The notes under the pieces are model-generated. The model saw only the letters and a program-made list of their open reading frames with translations. It ran no database searches and was not told the DNA's origin. 64,000 nucleotides of DNA from a virus, in the IMG/VR virus record IMGVR_UViG_3300029374_000315, positions 17,327 through 81,326 of that record. The stretch is one strand, 5' to 3'. Position numbers and translations under genes: made by a program. Below, piece after piece: positions 1-9,174 of the stretch (position 1 is the first letter of the stretch; every line of letters begins with the position of its first letter).

Positions 1-1
1 C

Positions 2-364
2 GAAAACGGTGAAATCCAGAGTTACAACGAAGACGATAACACCTACAAAATTTATCTCGACGGCACTGGCGATGAAGTTGATGTCAGAGAGGATGATTTT
101 GAAGTCGAGCGTGACGACTTTCTTCCGATGTGGGGAACGATGTGGCAGTTCAGTGATTCGTGCGACAACTGGTGGCTTGAGAATCATCTTCAGGAAATGG
201 CAGATTGCGGATTCCGTATCTACGAACAGGAAGATTTTGAGTACGTTTTCGGTATTGATGGCTGTGGCTACGACTTTTTTGAAGCTCATTGGATTCCGCT
301 TTATGAAAAGCGTGGATTTCATTGGGACGATGAGACTGTAAAGGAGATGAAAGAAAATGCGTAA
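2..364 (+). CDS. hypothetical protein (5' partial; continues upstream of window)
   Basis: Open frame from window start to stop at 364; the downstream gene overlaps its stop (ATGA); acidic small protein. Confidence 0.5.
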   Translation, partial: ENGEIQSYNEDDNTYKIYLDGTGDEVDVREDDFEVERDDFLPMWGTMWQFSDSCDNWWLENHLQEMADCGFRIYEQEDFEYVFGIDGCGYDFFEAHWIPLYEKRGFHWDDETVKEMKENA

Positions 365-593
365 GTACACTCGGAAAGAACTGAAGAATATGGTTGCCCT
401 TGGAATGGCAGAAGATGTTACTCGTGCAAACAATGAGGATTATGAAAAGATTATCAAAAGAGAAGCTTATCTTTCTCAGGTCGGATATTCCTCTGGTGTT
501 TATGGTTGCAATGGAATGTTACTCAAAGGATACAAAACCGGAACATATTATGCCGTTACTTCCAGAACGTCAGCAATTTATATTTTTGGTTAA
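357..593 (+). CDS. hypothetical protein
   Basis: 78-aa ORF; start overlaps upstream stop; fits the + strand gene train. Confidence 0.5.
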   Translation: MRKYTRKELKNMVALGMAEDVTRANNEDYEKIIKREAYLSQVGYSSGVYGCNGMLLKGYKTGTYYAVTSRTSAIYIFG

Positions 594-596
594 GAG

Positions 597-845
597 GTGA
601 AAACTTTGATTATTGATTCCATTCTCGACCGCCGGGACGGAAGGCACTACAGTGCATACGACTTCTACCTTGAAATCAGAAAGTATGAACATCTGGGTGT
701 AGGTACTCACGGTGAAGATATTTCAATCGCTATGGATTATGGCGACAACAGAGATGTGCAGCGTGTTCTGTGTCAGTATATCCAGCGCAATGGATACCCG
801 GCAGACATTGAGGACTACATAAGAAGTCAAGTCTGGGTAGTGTGA
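597..845 (+). CDS. hypothetical protein
   Basis: GTG start with AAGAGG RBS; 82 aa. Confidence 0.45.
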   Translation: MKTLIIDSILDRRDGRHYSAYDFYLEIRKYEHLGVGTHGEDISIAMDYGDNRDVQRVLCQYIQRNGYPADIEDYIRSQVWVV

Positions 846-933
846 GAGGCAGATGCTAGGTGATTAGCGGTACTAGGGCAGACATAACCGCTACCAATGC
901 GAAAGCATAAAAATATTAAAAGGAGTGTTTGAC

Positions 934-1224
934 ATGAAGAAGTTTAATTCGACCTTAAATAAAGGGTTCAATATGACTTTTGCAAATGGTATTACTGCAA
1001 GCGTCCAGTGGGGAGCTGGGAATTATTGCGATAATCATTTTAGCAAAGACTTCTCTTTCTCAAAAGAAGCAAGTTCTAATACAGCAGAAGTGGCCGCATG
1101 GAATGAAAGCGGCGAATGGGTTACAAATAAGCTCTACGACACCTGGGATGATGTTGCTGGGTATCTTTCACCAAATGAAGTGTTACAGTTTTTGAATAAC
1201 TGTGCGAATTACAAAACGGCTTAA
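934..1224 (+). CDS. hypothetical protein
   Basis: ATG 8 nt after AAGGAG; 96 aa; follows a 90-bp gap containing the hairpin TAGCGGT..ACCGCTA. Confidence 0.55.
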   Translation: MKKFNSTLNKGFNMTFANGITASVQWGAGNYCDNHFSKDFSFSKEASSNTAEVAAWNESGEWVTNKLYDTWDDVAGYLSPNEVLQFLNNCANYKTA

Positions 1225-1253
1225 AATCATGCTTTTATCGGAGGTAAAAAAAT

Positions 1254-1469
1254 ATGTATTGCTTGTCTGCTTACAACAAGGACGACGACGATTATCGAGA
1301 TCTTTTTTGGACTTCAAAATTAGAAGAGTGCATTGAAATCGGATTGTCTCTTGTTCCTTGTCTCAGAAGAGATATTCTCAAAGATAAAGATGGTGCGTCT
1401 TATGATTGGTTTGAAATTTGGGATAATGACGAATTAAGAGTTAAAGTTATTGGTAGATGGAATTGTTAA
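1254..1469 (+). CDS. hypothetical protein
   Basis: RBS GGAGGT; 71 aa. Confidence 0.5.
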   Translation: MYCLSAYNKDDDDYRDLFWTSKLEECIEIGLSLVPCLRRDILKDKDGASYDWFEIWDNDELRVKVIGRWNC

Positions 1470-1492
1470 AGACTTGGTGTGAGGTGTGCAAA

Positions 1493-1651
1493 ATGTATAC
1501 AGTGAAAGATTTTTATGATGCCTATTGCTGGATGTATGGCGTAACAAAAGAAGAAGCAAAGAGAGTTTTTAGAGAAATTAGTGACGATAGTGTTTACGAA
1601 CTGATTTACGGTTACAAAAACCAAGTAAATCAGATATTTTACAATGATTGA
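1493..1651 (+). CDS. hypothetical protein
   Basis: Internal ATG of ORF 1457, preceded by GAGGTG. Confidence 0.45.
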   Translation: MYTVKDFYDAYCWMYGVTKEEAKRVFREISDDSVYELIYGYKNQVNQIFYND

Positions 1652-1661
1652 GGTGATAAAT

Positions 1662-1895
1662 ATGACCGAAAAAGATAAGCGTATTTTAAAATATGCGATT
1701 GACAATTTGATTGCAAGAGAAAACAACTTGTGCGAAGGATTTTGCAAAAACAATCCCGCACATAGAGCAGAACGTGAGCGTGATCGGGATTTGATTATCT
1801 TTGGTATTCGTGATGTTTTGTGTGAAGTTGAGCGTCTTGAAGAACAAGAGAAAGAGATGCTGAAGAAAGTCAAACATGAAGTGGTTCAGTTTTGA
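1662..1895 (+). CDS. hypothetical protein
   Basis: ATG after GAGGTG; charged, coiled-coil-like. Confidence 0.5.
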   Translation: MTEKDKRILKYAIDNLIARENNLCEGFCKNNPAHRAERERDRDLIIFGIRDVLCEVERLEEQEKEMLKKVKHEVVQF

Positions 1896-1910
1896 TTGGA
1901 GTGATAGAAA

Positions 1911-2057
1911 ATGGATACTAACATAAACCATCTTAACAGTAGAAAAGAATATATGGAGCTTGTTTGTCACAATTCTGATCCGTTTGATTTTTGGGAAGAA
2001 GTGCGAAAATTTCACAAGGAACGTGAGCAGGAGGAAAAAGAACATGACCAACACTGA
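1911..2057 (+). CDS. hypothetical small protein (48 aa)
   Basis: Not in ORF track (<60 aa); GGAGTG RBS 7 nt upstream; hand-translated with no internal stop. Confidence 0.35.
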   Translation: MDTNINHLNSRKEYMELVCHNSDPFDFWEEVRKFHKEREQEEKEHDQH

Positions 2058-2229
2058 AAAGAATATCGTTCTCGCAGCTCTTTCTTCTTATCGGCGCAAG
2101 CTGATGGATCAGAGCATTAGTTTTCTAAAAGCTGGCAATCACGAGGATGCAAAGCAGTCAACGATGGAAGCGGCCAACGTGAATGCGTTAGTGATTAAGT
2201 TTACAAGAGAAAAGGAGTTTGCAATATGA
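2044..2229 (+). CDS. hypothetical protein
   Basis: ATG after AGGAGG. Confidence 0.5.
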   Translation: MTNTEKNIVLAALSSYRRKLMDQSISFLKAGNHEDAKQSTMEAANVNALVIKFTREKEFAI

Positions 2230-2459
2230 CTAATCCCTGCCGTTACTGTGTGGCACCGGAGCGTTATCCTGGTTGCCACGACCATTGCGAAAAGCTGAAA
2301 GCTCATCGTGAAAGTGACGAGTATAAGAGATTGTGTGAATACAAAGAAAAGTATTTCAGAAACAATATGCCGAAAAATACGGTAGCAATCTATTATGATA
2401 TGCGTCGTAAGAAGCATAAAGGTTTACATATGATGGGCTATAAAGGAATGGGTGTTTAA
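2226..2459 (+). CDS. hypothetical Cys-rich protein
   Basis: CRYC...CHDHC motif; start overlaps upstream stop. Confidence 0.5.
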   Translation: MTNPCRYCVAPERYPGCHDHCEKLKAHRESDEYKRLCEYKEKYFRNNMPKNTVAIYYDMRRKKHKGLHMMGYKGMGV

Positions 2460-2460
2460 T

Positions 2461-2673
2461 ATGGACGAGAATGTTTTCAATAACATAATGAATTTTTTCG
2501 ATGAATGGGAAGACACGTTAAATCATAGTATCGACACTATCATTAAAATAACAAGTGGGAAACCTGAATTAAACAACTGTAAAGAAATAGTTCTTGATAA
2601 AATTACGGCGCAGAAAAAATTTCTCTGGGAGCTAGAAAAATCTTTCTATAATAGATTTCAAAAGAGCAAATGA
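2461..2673 (+). CDS. hypothetical protein
   Basis: ATG 2 nt after upstream stop. Confidence 0.45.
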   Translation: MDENVFNNIMNFFDEWEDTLNHSIDTIIKITSGKPELNNCKEIVLDKITAQKKFLWELEKSFYNRFQKSK

Positions 2674-2682
2674 GGTAATAAT

Positions 2683-3195
2683 ATGAGAGAATTTGAAGGC
2701 TTTATTTTTCCTAACGGAAGAATTGTAGCGATTCCTGAAGAGGAATATATGGCAGCTATCGAAGCAGGAAAAGAAATTCTTGTGTTTTGTGGTGGATGGG
2801 CTGGTGGATACGCTAGAGCGTTTGGTGCAGATAAGGAACAGGATATTTATGAGCCTAATAAAACTTGTTACATGACCTATTCGTATGATGTCATGGATAA
2901 GACCTTTACGCCAGAAGATATGAAGCGGTTCGCTAAAGTGATTGTCACAGATGGTATCCGTGTGTACATGAAAACAGGTGAGTCGGCCAGTGATTATTAT
3001 TCTGGAACATTCTGTGACTGTTGTACGAAAGACAGGCTCGAAGAACATTACCCTGACACTTGTAGCAACGATATCGAACAATACGATTTCAGTGATTGCC
3101 AGACAGTTGATTTTGATATGACGGTTCGTATGCTGGGTGCAGATGATAAAGATTATGAAGGTATGGTAAAGATGCTCAAGGGGATTTTGAGGTGA
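2683..3195 (+). CDS. hypothetical protein
   Basis: 170 aa; RBS GAGGTAA. Confidence 0.55.
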   Translation: MREFEGFIFPNGRIVAIPEEEYMAAIEAGKEILVFCGGWAGGYARAFGADKEQDIYEPNKTCYMTYSYDVMDKTFTPEDMKRFAKVIVTDGIRVYMKTGESASDYYSGTFCDCCTKDRLEEHYPDTCSNDIEQYDFSDCQTVDFDMTVRMLGADDKDYEGMVKMLKGILR

Positions 3196-3199
3196 TAAA

Positions 3200-3421
3200 A
3201 TGTGGGATTTAGTTGAAAATGAATATTCTAAAAAATATGGGATTGGGTGCGCAACCTTTTTTCGTGACAAACAATTAAAAACAGCAATAGTTATGTATAA
3301 ATATAATGGCCGTAGCGTTATGTTTTGCTATTCCGAGTACGATAATAAGATTCTATCTGACGGTGATAAAGACGAAATTGAGATGACAATCAAAAAGAAA
3401 CTCAACTTTTGGAAGGATTAA
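3200..3421 (+). CDS. hypothetical protein, MWDL paralog family member 1
   Basis: N-terminus MWDLVENEYSKKYGIG shared with the next two genes. Confidence 0.55.
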   Translation: MWDLVENEYSKKYGIGCATFFRDKQLKTAIVMYKYNGRSVMFCYSEYDNKILSDGDKDEIEMTIKKKLNFWKD

Positions 3422-3423
3422 CT

Positions 3424-3660
3424 ATGTGGGATTTAATGGGTAACAATTATTCAGAAGTATACGGTATTGGATATGCTTTACTGAATGGAATTTCAGCTGG
3501 ATTTTATGTGAGTGTCATGTACAAGGATCTTGGAGATGAAATTTACTTCTATTATCTTGATAATGCTCCTTACGGAGAACTCGATGATAATACCAAAAAT
3601 AAAATTGAAGATATTATCCGTGATGACCTTAACAAGCGTCATATTTTTGGGGAGGACTGA
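3424..3660 (+). CDS. hypothetical protein, MWDL paralog family member 2
   Basis: MWDLMGNNYSEVYGIG; paralog of 3200..3421. Confidence 0.55.
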   Translation: MWDLMGNNYSEVYGIGYALLNGISAGFYVSVMYKDLGDEIYFYYLDNAPYGELDDNTKNKIEDIIRDDLNKRHIFGED

Positions 3661-3662
3661 TC

Positions 3663-3911
3663 ATGTGGGATCTGAGGGAAGTTCACGCTTGTTTTGATGG
3701 TGAAGGCTGGGTTTGGAATGAATCTTTTCATCACAAGAATGTGTTCGTAGGAGAGAATGAAGATCCGAAAGAAATCTTTTGGCAGGAATGTCAGATGTTT
3801 TTTCTTCAGGATTATCTAAACAAGTGTGAAATCGTGGATGATGGCGATATTCTGGAACTTCAATTGAAAGGTTCTGGTGAGCCGGTTCTTGCTATGGTGA
3901 TTGCAGAGTAA
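3663..3911 (+). CDS. hypothetical protein, MWDL paralog family member 3 (divergent)
   Basis: MWDLREV... N-terminus; third tandem copy. Confidence 0.5.
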   Translation: MWDLREVHACFDGEGWVWNESFHHKNVFVGENEDPKEIFWQECQMFFLQDYLNKCEIVDDGDILELQLKGSGEPVLAMVIAE

Positions 3912-3924
3912 AGGAGAATGAGTT

Positions 3925-4245
3925 ATGAAAATTCACCCTAAATATATTGATGTTTTGGAATCGCTGGATTGGCGCGTATGTGACTATACAGGTGATGGCA
4001 GAGTTGAAATTGAAAATTATTCTCCAGCAGGAGAGGACTTAATCGTTTGTGTGGAGGTTGAAAATTTTCCTGAATCAGTTTATGAGTATGCCTGTGATTT
4101 TGATGCTGATGAGCACGCAGAGATGTGGGTGGGGCATCGTGGTAAAGGCGGTTGTCCTTCTAGTGTCAGAGAACTTATTGACGACGCTGATGCTATTAAA
4201 GAAATGTTGAAAGAATTAGCTAATAGACTTATGGAGGTGGAATAA
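3925..4245 (+). CDS. hypothetical protein
   Basis: 106 aa, acidic; RBS AGGAGAATGAG. Confidence 0.5.
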   Translation: MKIHPKYIDVLESLDWRVCDYTGDGRVEIENYSPAGEDLIVCVEVENFPESVYEYACDFDADEHAEMWVGHRGKGGCPSSVRELIDDADAIKEMLKELANRLMEVE

Positions 4246-4248
4246 ATT

Positions 4249-4521
4249 ATGACTCGTTTTTATCTTAATGCGGGTGCTCTTGGCTGTTGGATGCACCAGA
4301 ATAAAGCACAACACACTGGTGCTTATGTCGAAGGTGTTTTGGTTGATAGTTTTGTTGTTGAAACAAAGCGTGGTGTTGCAGCTATCTATGAACACGCTCT
4401 GAATGAGTGGACCAGTAACTATTATGTTGAGTTCACCGATTATAAGAACGGTTTTAAGAACGGAGAGGTCGATAAGATTTGGTCTGATTGGTACGCTTTT
4501 GAAGAAAAGGCTAGTGCATAA
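4249..4521 (+). CDS. hypothetical protein
   Basis: 90 aa; GGAGGTGG RBS. Confidence 0.5.
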   Translation: MTRFYLNAGALGCWMHQNKAQHTGAYVEGVLVDSFVVETKRGVAAIYEHALNEWTSNYYVEFTDYKNGFKNGEVDKIWSDWYAFEEKASA

Positions 4522-4528
4522 GAGGTGA

Positions 4529-4720
4529 ATGTCTATGAATGATGTTGAAAAGATTATCAATGCCTTGAAGGACGAATATTCTTATTGCCAAGATATTGCT
4601 TACACTGCACTAAAAGAAAGCGATGAAGAGAGAATGACATGGTATTATGGCAAAGCAAACGGAATTAAAAAGTCTATTGAAATAATCGAAAAAATGAAGA
4701 ATTACGGAATCATTTTGTAA
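4529..4720 (+). CDS. hypothetical protein
   Basis: 63 aa; GAGGTG RBS. Confidence 0.45.
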   Translation: MSMNDVEKIINALKDEYSYCQDIAYTALKESDEERMTWYYGKANGIKKSIEIIEKMKNYGIIL

Positions 4721-4736
4721 AAGGGAGATTTTAGAT

Positions 4737-5603
4737 ATGAAAAACCTGTATTGCTACGACAATGAAATCATAAAGTGGATCTACGGTGATAATCTGTATT
4801 GCTTGCATATCCAGCACGATGATGAAGCAGATAATAATCCTCGTTGGTGGGATGACCATGATTCCACAATGGCCTGTTTCCATTCTCGATACAATCTGGG
4901 TGATAAGATTGATGAAAAAACACCGGAAGAGTTTTGGAATGACCTGGTTTACAAGTATTGTTCTGATGAAGAAATTCTGGATGCACTTCTAAATATGAAG
5001 TTGGAAGATACTTGTGTTGTTGTCGATGAAAATTATATCGATGAAAAACGCTATGCAATCTGTGATATTGGAATTCTATCTGATAAAAAAGTTTCGGAAA
5101 ATCCGATGTGTGTTGGATTGAAATATAACGAAATCATTACATATGTTCGTGGAGATTTTTCTATTAAAGATTGTCAGATCCTTCTCGAAAAACATATTGC
5201 ATGGCTTCCACTCTGGTTACATGACCACTCTGGCTTGTCTATGGATTGCGACACACGGTTTAGAGGTTCATGGGACGATAGCAATGTTGGCTGGATTGTA
5301 ATCGCTATTACAGATGGTTCTGATGAGACCAAAAACGAAGCGGAACGAATCATGCGTGATGAAGTTGAGATTTACAGCGATTATCTTTCTGGTGAAAACT
5401 ACGGCTATACACTTTATCGAGAAGAACACGGAGAGTGGAAAGAAATCGATAGGGCATTTGGATTTATCGGTACTGATGTGTTTGAAAATGGTATTGCATA
5501 CAGCGCTGGATGTGGTCTCGAAACAGCATTAAAGGAAGATCGGTGTAATATCGGTGAAGCAGAGAAAGTTGTTACTGTTACTTATAACTTTGATAACATT
5601 TAA
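4737..5603 (+). CDS. hypothetical protein (288 aa)
   Basis: Long ORF with AAGGGAG RBS; no recognisable motif. Confidence 0.6.
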   Translation: MKNLYCYDNEIIKWIYGDNLYCLHIQHDDEADNNPRWWDDHDSTMACFHSRYNLGDKIDEKTPEEFWNDLVYKYCSDEEILDALLNMKLEDTCVVVDENYIDEKRYAICDIGILSDKKVSENPMCVGLKYNEIITYVRGDFSIKDCQILLEKHIAWLPLWLHDHSGLSMDCDTRFRGSWDDSNVGWIVIAITDGSDETKNEAERIMRDEVEIYSDYLSGENYGYTLYREEHGEWKEIDRAFGFIGTDVFENGIAYSAGCGLETALKEDRCNIGEAEKVVTVTYNFDNI

Positions 5604-5616
5604 GGAGGCATGGATC

Positions 5617-5922
5617 ATGAAGAAACTTACAGCGGAAGAGTTTGCCGAAAAGGTTATGGAGAACGGCACTGAAATTGATTACAGTGAATGTTCTTCTAAG
5701 GATCGCGGTTGCGAGGTCTGGGAAATCTATGCGCATATCAATGAAAATGGCGAAGTAGTCCATGGAAATGGAATCGGAATCGAAAGTATCTGGACGTACC
5801 TAGAACTTGAAAATGAAGAACAGAGCAAGGCGTTTATGAACGGTGAGCTGGATGATATGGAAAAGAAAGTTATTATTGATGATCTTTACCCTGAATATCT
5901 TAAAATTTTGGAAAACCTATAA
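5617..5922 (+). CDS. hypothetical protein
   Basis: Internal ATG of ORF 5554, after AGGAGG. Confidence 0.5.
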   Translation: MKKLTAEEFAEKVMENGTEIDYSECSSKDRGCEVWEIYAHINENGEVVHGNGIGIESIWTYLELENEEQSKAFMNGELDDMEKKVIIDDLYPEYLKILENL

Positions 5923-5944
5923 TAATTTTATTTTATGAGAGGAA

Positions 5945-6148
5945 ATGGATAAAAATATGATGGAAAAAATTAAACTTCTGAAGCGTGAGCTTTTTATGGA
6001 TGGATTTGATACAATTGAAAACTTTGTTGGTTATAAACTGAATGAAGACGAGGATGATGATGTTATTGAACGCCGAGTGGATATTGCAATCGATTCGATG
6101 TCGGAAGATGAGTTGAATATTTGGTTTGTAAAGTATAATATCGTTTAA
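5945..6148 (+). CDS. hypothetical protein
   Basis: 67 aa, acidic. Confidence 0.45.
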   Translation: MDKNMMEKIKLLKRELFMDGFDTIENFVGYKLNEDEDDDVIERRVDIAIDSMSEDELNIWFVKYNIV

Positions 6149-6186
6149 ATTTTCGGATGAAAATATTCTCAATGAGGTGTAAAAGC

Positions 6187-6357
6187 ATGAAGATGAATAT
6201 TGACATTGATATTGAACGTGTTGGAAAGGGTTTATTTAACGTCTATATCAGCGATAATGGAAATTCTGGTGCGGAATACAAAAATGTAAATTGTGATCAG
6301 ATCGGTGAGTATGTAGCAGATTTGATTGATTGTCTGGAAGAAAGTTATGAGGTTTAA
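6187..6357 (+). CDS. hypothetical protein
   Basis: ATG after GAGGTG (internal start of ORF 6157). Confidence 0.4.
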   Translation: MKMNIDIDIERVGKGLFNVYISDNGNSGAEYKNVNCDQIGEYVADLIDCLEESYEV

Positions 6358-6360
6358 AGT

Positions 6361-6696
6361 ATGAGTTACAACGGTGGGCCTTGTTGGTCATGCATTGAGA
6401 AGTCTTGTAAGAACTGTCCATGTGCTGTCGCAGAGTCTTTTGATAGCACATATCTTACTGCACAATGGATGTTAAAACTAAGAGAAAATAAAGATGATTG
6501 TGACAAATTTGTTGAACGTCTTTGGAAGGAGAACACTGATTTTGCATGGGTTGAAAACGAACGTGGAGAATTAGTTCTTGATCAGAAGTGGAGAGGCTTT
6601 CCCGTTGACAATTTCACACAGGATGAATGGTTTCATTGGGTAGATGAGTTCCATAGTAAAGGCGTTGGCTGGATTTACGAGAATGTGAGTGTGTAA
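6361..6696 (+). CDS. hypothetical Cys-rich protein
   Basis: CWSC...CKNCPC motif. Confidence 0.5.
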   Translation: MSYNGGPCWSCIEKSCKNCPCAVAESFDSTYLTAQWMLKLRENKDDCDKFVERLWKENTDFAWVENERGELVLDQKWRGFPVDNFTQDEWFHWVDEFHSKGVGWIYENVSV

Positions 6697-6709
6697 AAGG
6701 AAGAATATT

Positions 6710-6946
6710 ATGTGGTGCGTTATTGAGTGTAGTTGTGATGGTGAAATTTTTGAGCCTGATTTTTTCGATAGCAAAGAAGAAGCAGCAGAATTTATTAAGG
6801 ATGATGCAACTGAATGCTATAGAAATATTTGTGATCTGCCAGAAGCAAATATTAATATTAGAAATGATGGCCTATCTGCTTCTGTAAATACAGATGAATA
6901 CAGCTGGGTTTGGAAAGCGTTTGATATTTCTGACAAACTGATGTAA
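6710..6946 (+). CDS. hypothetical protein
   Basis: ATG after AAGGAAG. Confidence 0.45.
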   Translation: MWCVIECSCDGEIFEPDFFDSKEEAAEFIKDDATECYRNICDLPEANINIRNDGLSASVNTDEYSWVWKAFDISDKLM

Positions 6947-6961
6947 AAGGAGAGTTTTATT

Positions 6962-7147
6962 ATGGAATATGACACTCAAGCGATGGCCGAGGTCCTTTGT
7001 AAAACAGCAGACGTTGAATATAGCTCTGATTTGGAAAAATTGCTGTACCATTTAGATGTTCAAGCACAGAATCCTTACAATGCTGATTTTCGTCGTAATG
7101 GTCTTGCTATCATTGCTAAAGCGTGCGAGGAGCTGAGAGAAAAATAA
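6962..7147 (+). CDS. hypothetical protein
   Basis: 61 aa; AAGGAGAG RBS. Confidence 0.45.
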   Translation: MEYDTQAMAEVLCKTADVEYSSDLEKLLYHLDVQAQNPYNADFRRNGLAIIAKACEELREK

Positions 7148-7341
7148 TGTATTACCATCTTGAATACTCTGTCAGATACTTTATGTACGGTGATACATAT
7201 AGAGGGCATGAAGTCTATCCCACAAAAGAGCTACGTGATGCAGAACTTGACTGGATGAAAACGTGTTACAGCAAGCCGACAAAGCTTATCTATACAACAT
7301 ATGAAACCGAAACGCTTGGTGAAGATAAGATAATAATATAA
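7147..7341 (+). CDS. hypothetical protein
   Basis: ATG overlapping upstream stop (TAATG). Confidence 0.4.
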   Translation: MYYHLEYSVRYFMYGDTYRGHEVYPTKELRDAELDWMKTCYSKPTKLIYTTYETETLGEDKIII

Positions 7342-7354
7342 AGGAGAAAGACGA

Positions 7355-7615
7355 ATGATTAACGTTAATGAACATGATTTCAAAATCAAAATTCATAATG
7401 GTTGGTTGATTGCCACGGGGTCGGCAGACAAAGAATGCTATCCGGGTATGCTGATTTTTTACTCTAAAGACGGAAAGACATTTTCGTGGAACGATTTAAT
7501 TATGGTTATTGAGCAAGATGCAGTAAATGATAAGATTCAAACCGACCTGTATAAGAAAGGCTGCGAAGATTGTTGTCATGTTTTTGATTACGAGGATGGA
7601 GAATTGAGGGAGTGA
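7355..7615 (+). CDS. hypothetical protein
   Basis: 86 aa; AAGGAGAAAG RBS. Confidence 0.5.
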   Translation: MINVNEHDFKIKIHNGWLIATGSADKECYPGMLIFYSKDGKTFSWNDLIMVIEQDAVNDKIQTDLYKKGCEDCCHVFDYEDGELRE

Positions 7616-7620
7616 ATGTT

Positions 7621-7833
7621 ATGATGAAAAGTTTCTTCAATAAAAATTTCTTTAAATTTAAAACAAAGTCTGGGTACATTGTTATTTTGACTTCAATGGA
7701 TAAAAATGGGCACATGACTGCATTTGCATTTAACTCAGTCGATGGAAAAACCTTTCATCCGTGGGATTTGATTAAGGTTTTTGATAACGAGGACGAACGT
7801 ATGGCAGATTTTAATTATGACGACATGAGGTGA
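7621..7833 (+). CDS. hypothetical protein
   Basis: ATG after GAGGGAG. Confidence 0.45.
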   Translation: MMKSFFNKNFFKFKTKSGYIVILTSMDKNGHMTAFAFNSVDGKTFHPWDLIKVFDNEDERMADFNYDDMR

Positions 7834-7838
7834 GAGTT

Positions 7839-8156
7839 ATGACTACACATGAAATTGCAAGAGATTTTATTCGCAAGATGAACCCATGTAGATGGAATGG
7901 ACGTGGATACAAACCGGATACATTTAATGATAAAGATCAGATTAAATATCATGTAGATGGTCACTCCGAAATTGATGTGGATGTTTATTATGAATATGAT
8001 GCTGGCGATAATAGTTGGTGGCATTTTTGTGATGCACGTGATAATGCTTCTGGCGATAAAATTCTTGGTGTGTGTAATCCTAATGTTTGGTCTATTGATG
8101 CAATTGAAGAATCTGTTAAATATTTATTTAGCAAAATGAATATTGAAATTAAATAA
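7839..8156 (+). CDS. hypothetical protein
   Basis: ATG after GAGGTGAG. Confidence 0.5.
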   Translation: MTTHEIARDFIRKMNPCRWNGRGYKPDTFNDKDQIKYHVDGHSEIDVDVYYEYDAGDNSWWHFCDARDNASGDKILGVCNPNVWSIDAIEESVKYLFSKMNIEIK

Positions 8157-8174
8157 AATCGAGGTTTTAGAAAA

Positions 8175-8375
8175 ATGGAACGAACTATGAATGATAAACT
8201 TATGGAAGCAGCACAGGTTCTTATTGAAAATGGAATGAGTGCAGATGATGCGTATGTTGCTTTAAAGGCACAGTGCTATATCCTTTTGGACATTGAAATC
8301 GACGATTATCTCACAGATGAAGATTATGAAGAACTCGAAGAATACGAGCAACAATTGAATAAAAAGGGAATGTGA
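8175..8375 (+). CDS. hypothetical protein
   Basis: 66 aa, acidic. Confidence 0.45.
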   Translation: MERTMNDKLMEAAQVLIENGMSADDAYVALKAQCYILLDIEIDDYLTDEDYEELEEYEQQLNKKGM

Positions 8376-8599
8376 CTATGATTACGGTTGTTTATGACGA
8401 TACGATGTGTAATGGTCCTTACCGTGTAGAATATAAAACAATGGAAGATGCGGTAGAGTCTGTTAATAATGATTTTGAAAGTCTGATGAAAGAACTGCGA
8501 GATGAAGGCTATGAACCTGAATGGATTCGTGACGGCCATCATATGCTTGAGGTTTATGTTCCGAATACGTCTATTAACGCATGGTGGGATTTTGAGTAA
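8372..8599 (+). CDS. hypothetical protein
   Basis: 75 aa; overlaps upstream stop. Confidence 0.45.
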   Translation: MTMITVVYDDTMCNGPYRVEYKTMEDAVESVNNDFESLMKELRDEGYEPEWIRDGHHMLEVYVPNTSINAWWDFE

Positions 8600-8610
8600 G
8601 GAGAATTAAA

Positions 8611-8817
8611 ATGAATACTAACGAAATCAAAATGTTTGAGCAGAAGATGATTGACAGCGCATTTATTGACGCTGTTGATTATGATCCGAAGGTTGCTGCA
8701 CGAGCTGTTGGAGCACGTAGTATGAAAATGAATGGTGTGAGCTCCTTTAATGAATACATTAGCTACTTACAAACAATTACAGGCAATGCAAAGTTGTTCT
8801 GGAAGTATCAGTTTTGA
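8611..8817 (+). CDS. hypothetical protein
   Basis: 68 aa; AAGGAGAA RBS. Confidence 0.45.
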   Translation: MNTNEIKMFEQKMIDSAFIDAVDYDPKVAARAVGARSMKMNGVSSFNEYISYLQTITGNAKLFWKYQF

Positions 8818-8827
8818 GGTGACGATT

Positions 8828-9091
8828 ATGAGTGAATTTGAAAATCATGTTTTTGATGTTTGGAATCGCTTTGTAAGAAATATGCCTTGCTGTCCAGAAG
8901 ATGGTTGTGATCGTTGGTGTGATGGTGAGAATATTCTATGCAAAACATATGAAGATGCACAGAAAGTCGCTGATTATATTGATGAAAAGGCTGGACGAGC
9001 AATATCTGCTACCGGTTTTTATGATCCAGAAGAAGATAAGAGAATGGGATGTGTAGATAAGTATACTGGATGGTATTATGTCACAATCTGA
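8828..9091 (+). CDS. hypothetical Cys-rich protein
   Basis: ATG after GAGGTG; CCPEDGCDRWCDGE motif. Confidence 0.5.
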   Translation: MSEFENHVFDVWNRFVRNMPCCPEDGCDRWCDGENILCKTYEDAQKVADYIDEKAGRAISATGFYDPEEDKRMGCVDKYTGWYYVTI

Positions 9092-9130
9092 TAAAACAGT
9101 TCTTCTATGAAAAATCAGTAACAAAATAAC

Positions 9131-9144
9131 AACGTATATACGTT
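9131..9144. promoter_or_regulatory. perfect 14-bp palindrome AACGTATATACGTT, candidate operator upstream of the antirepressor gene
   Basis: Self-complementary 14-mer in an AT-rich 85-bp gap, ~30 bp before the RBS of the gene at 9175. Confidence 0.4.
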
Positions 9145-9174
9145 ATTAAATGAATGAAAAAGGAGTAAAACAAA

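Noticed and set aside
9-341. ORF 9..341 (+) from the six-frame track
   Set aside because: A different frame is open from the window edge to 364 and couples to the downstream gene start. The 9..341 frame looks like an overlapping shadow.
2632-3270. Long minus-strand ORFs (e.g. 2632..3270, 9367..9882, 27838..28665, 53392..54324, 50292..50987)
   Set aside because: All lie antisense to well-supported + strand genes, lack SD sequences and have odd, low-complexity translations. Treated as shadow ORFs.
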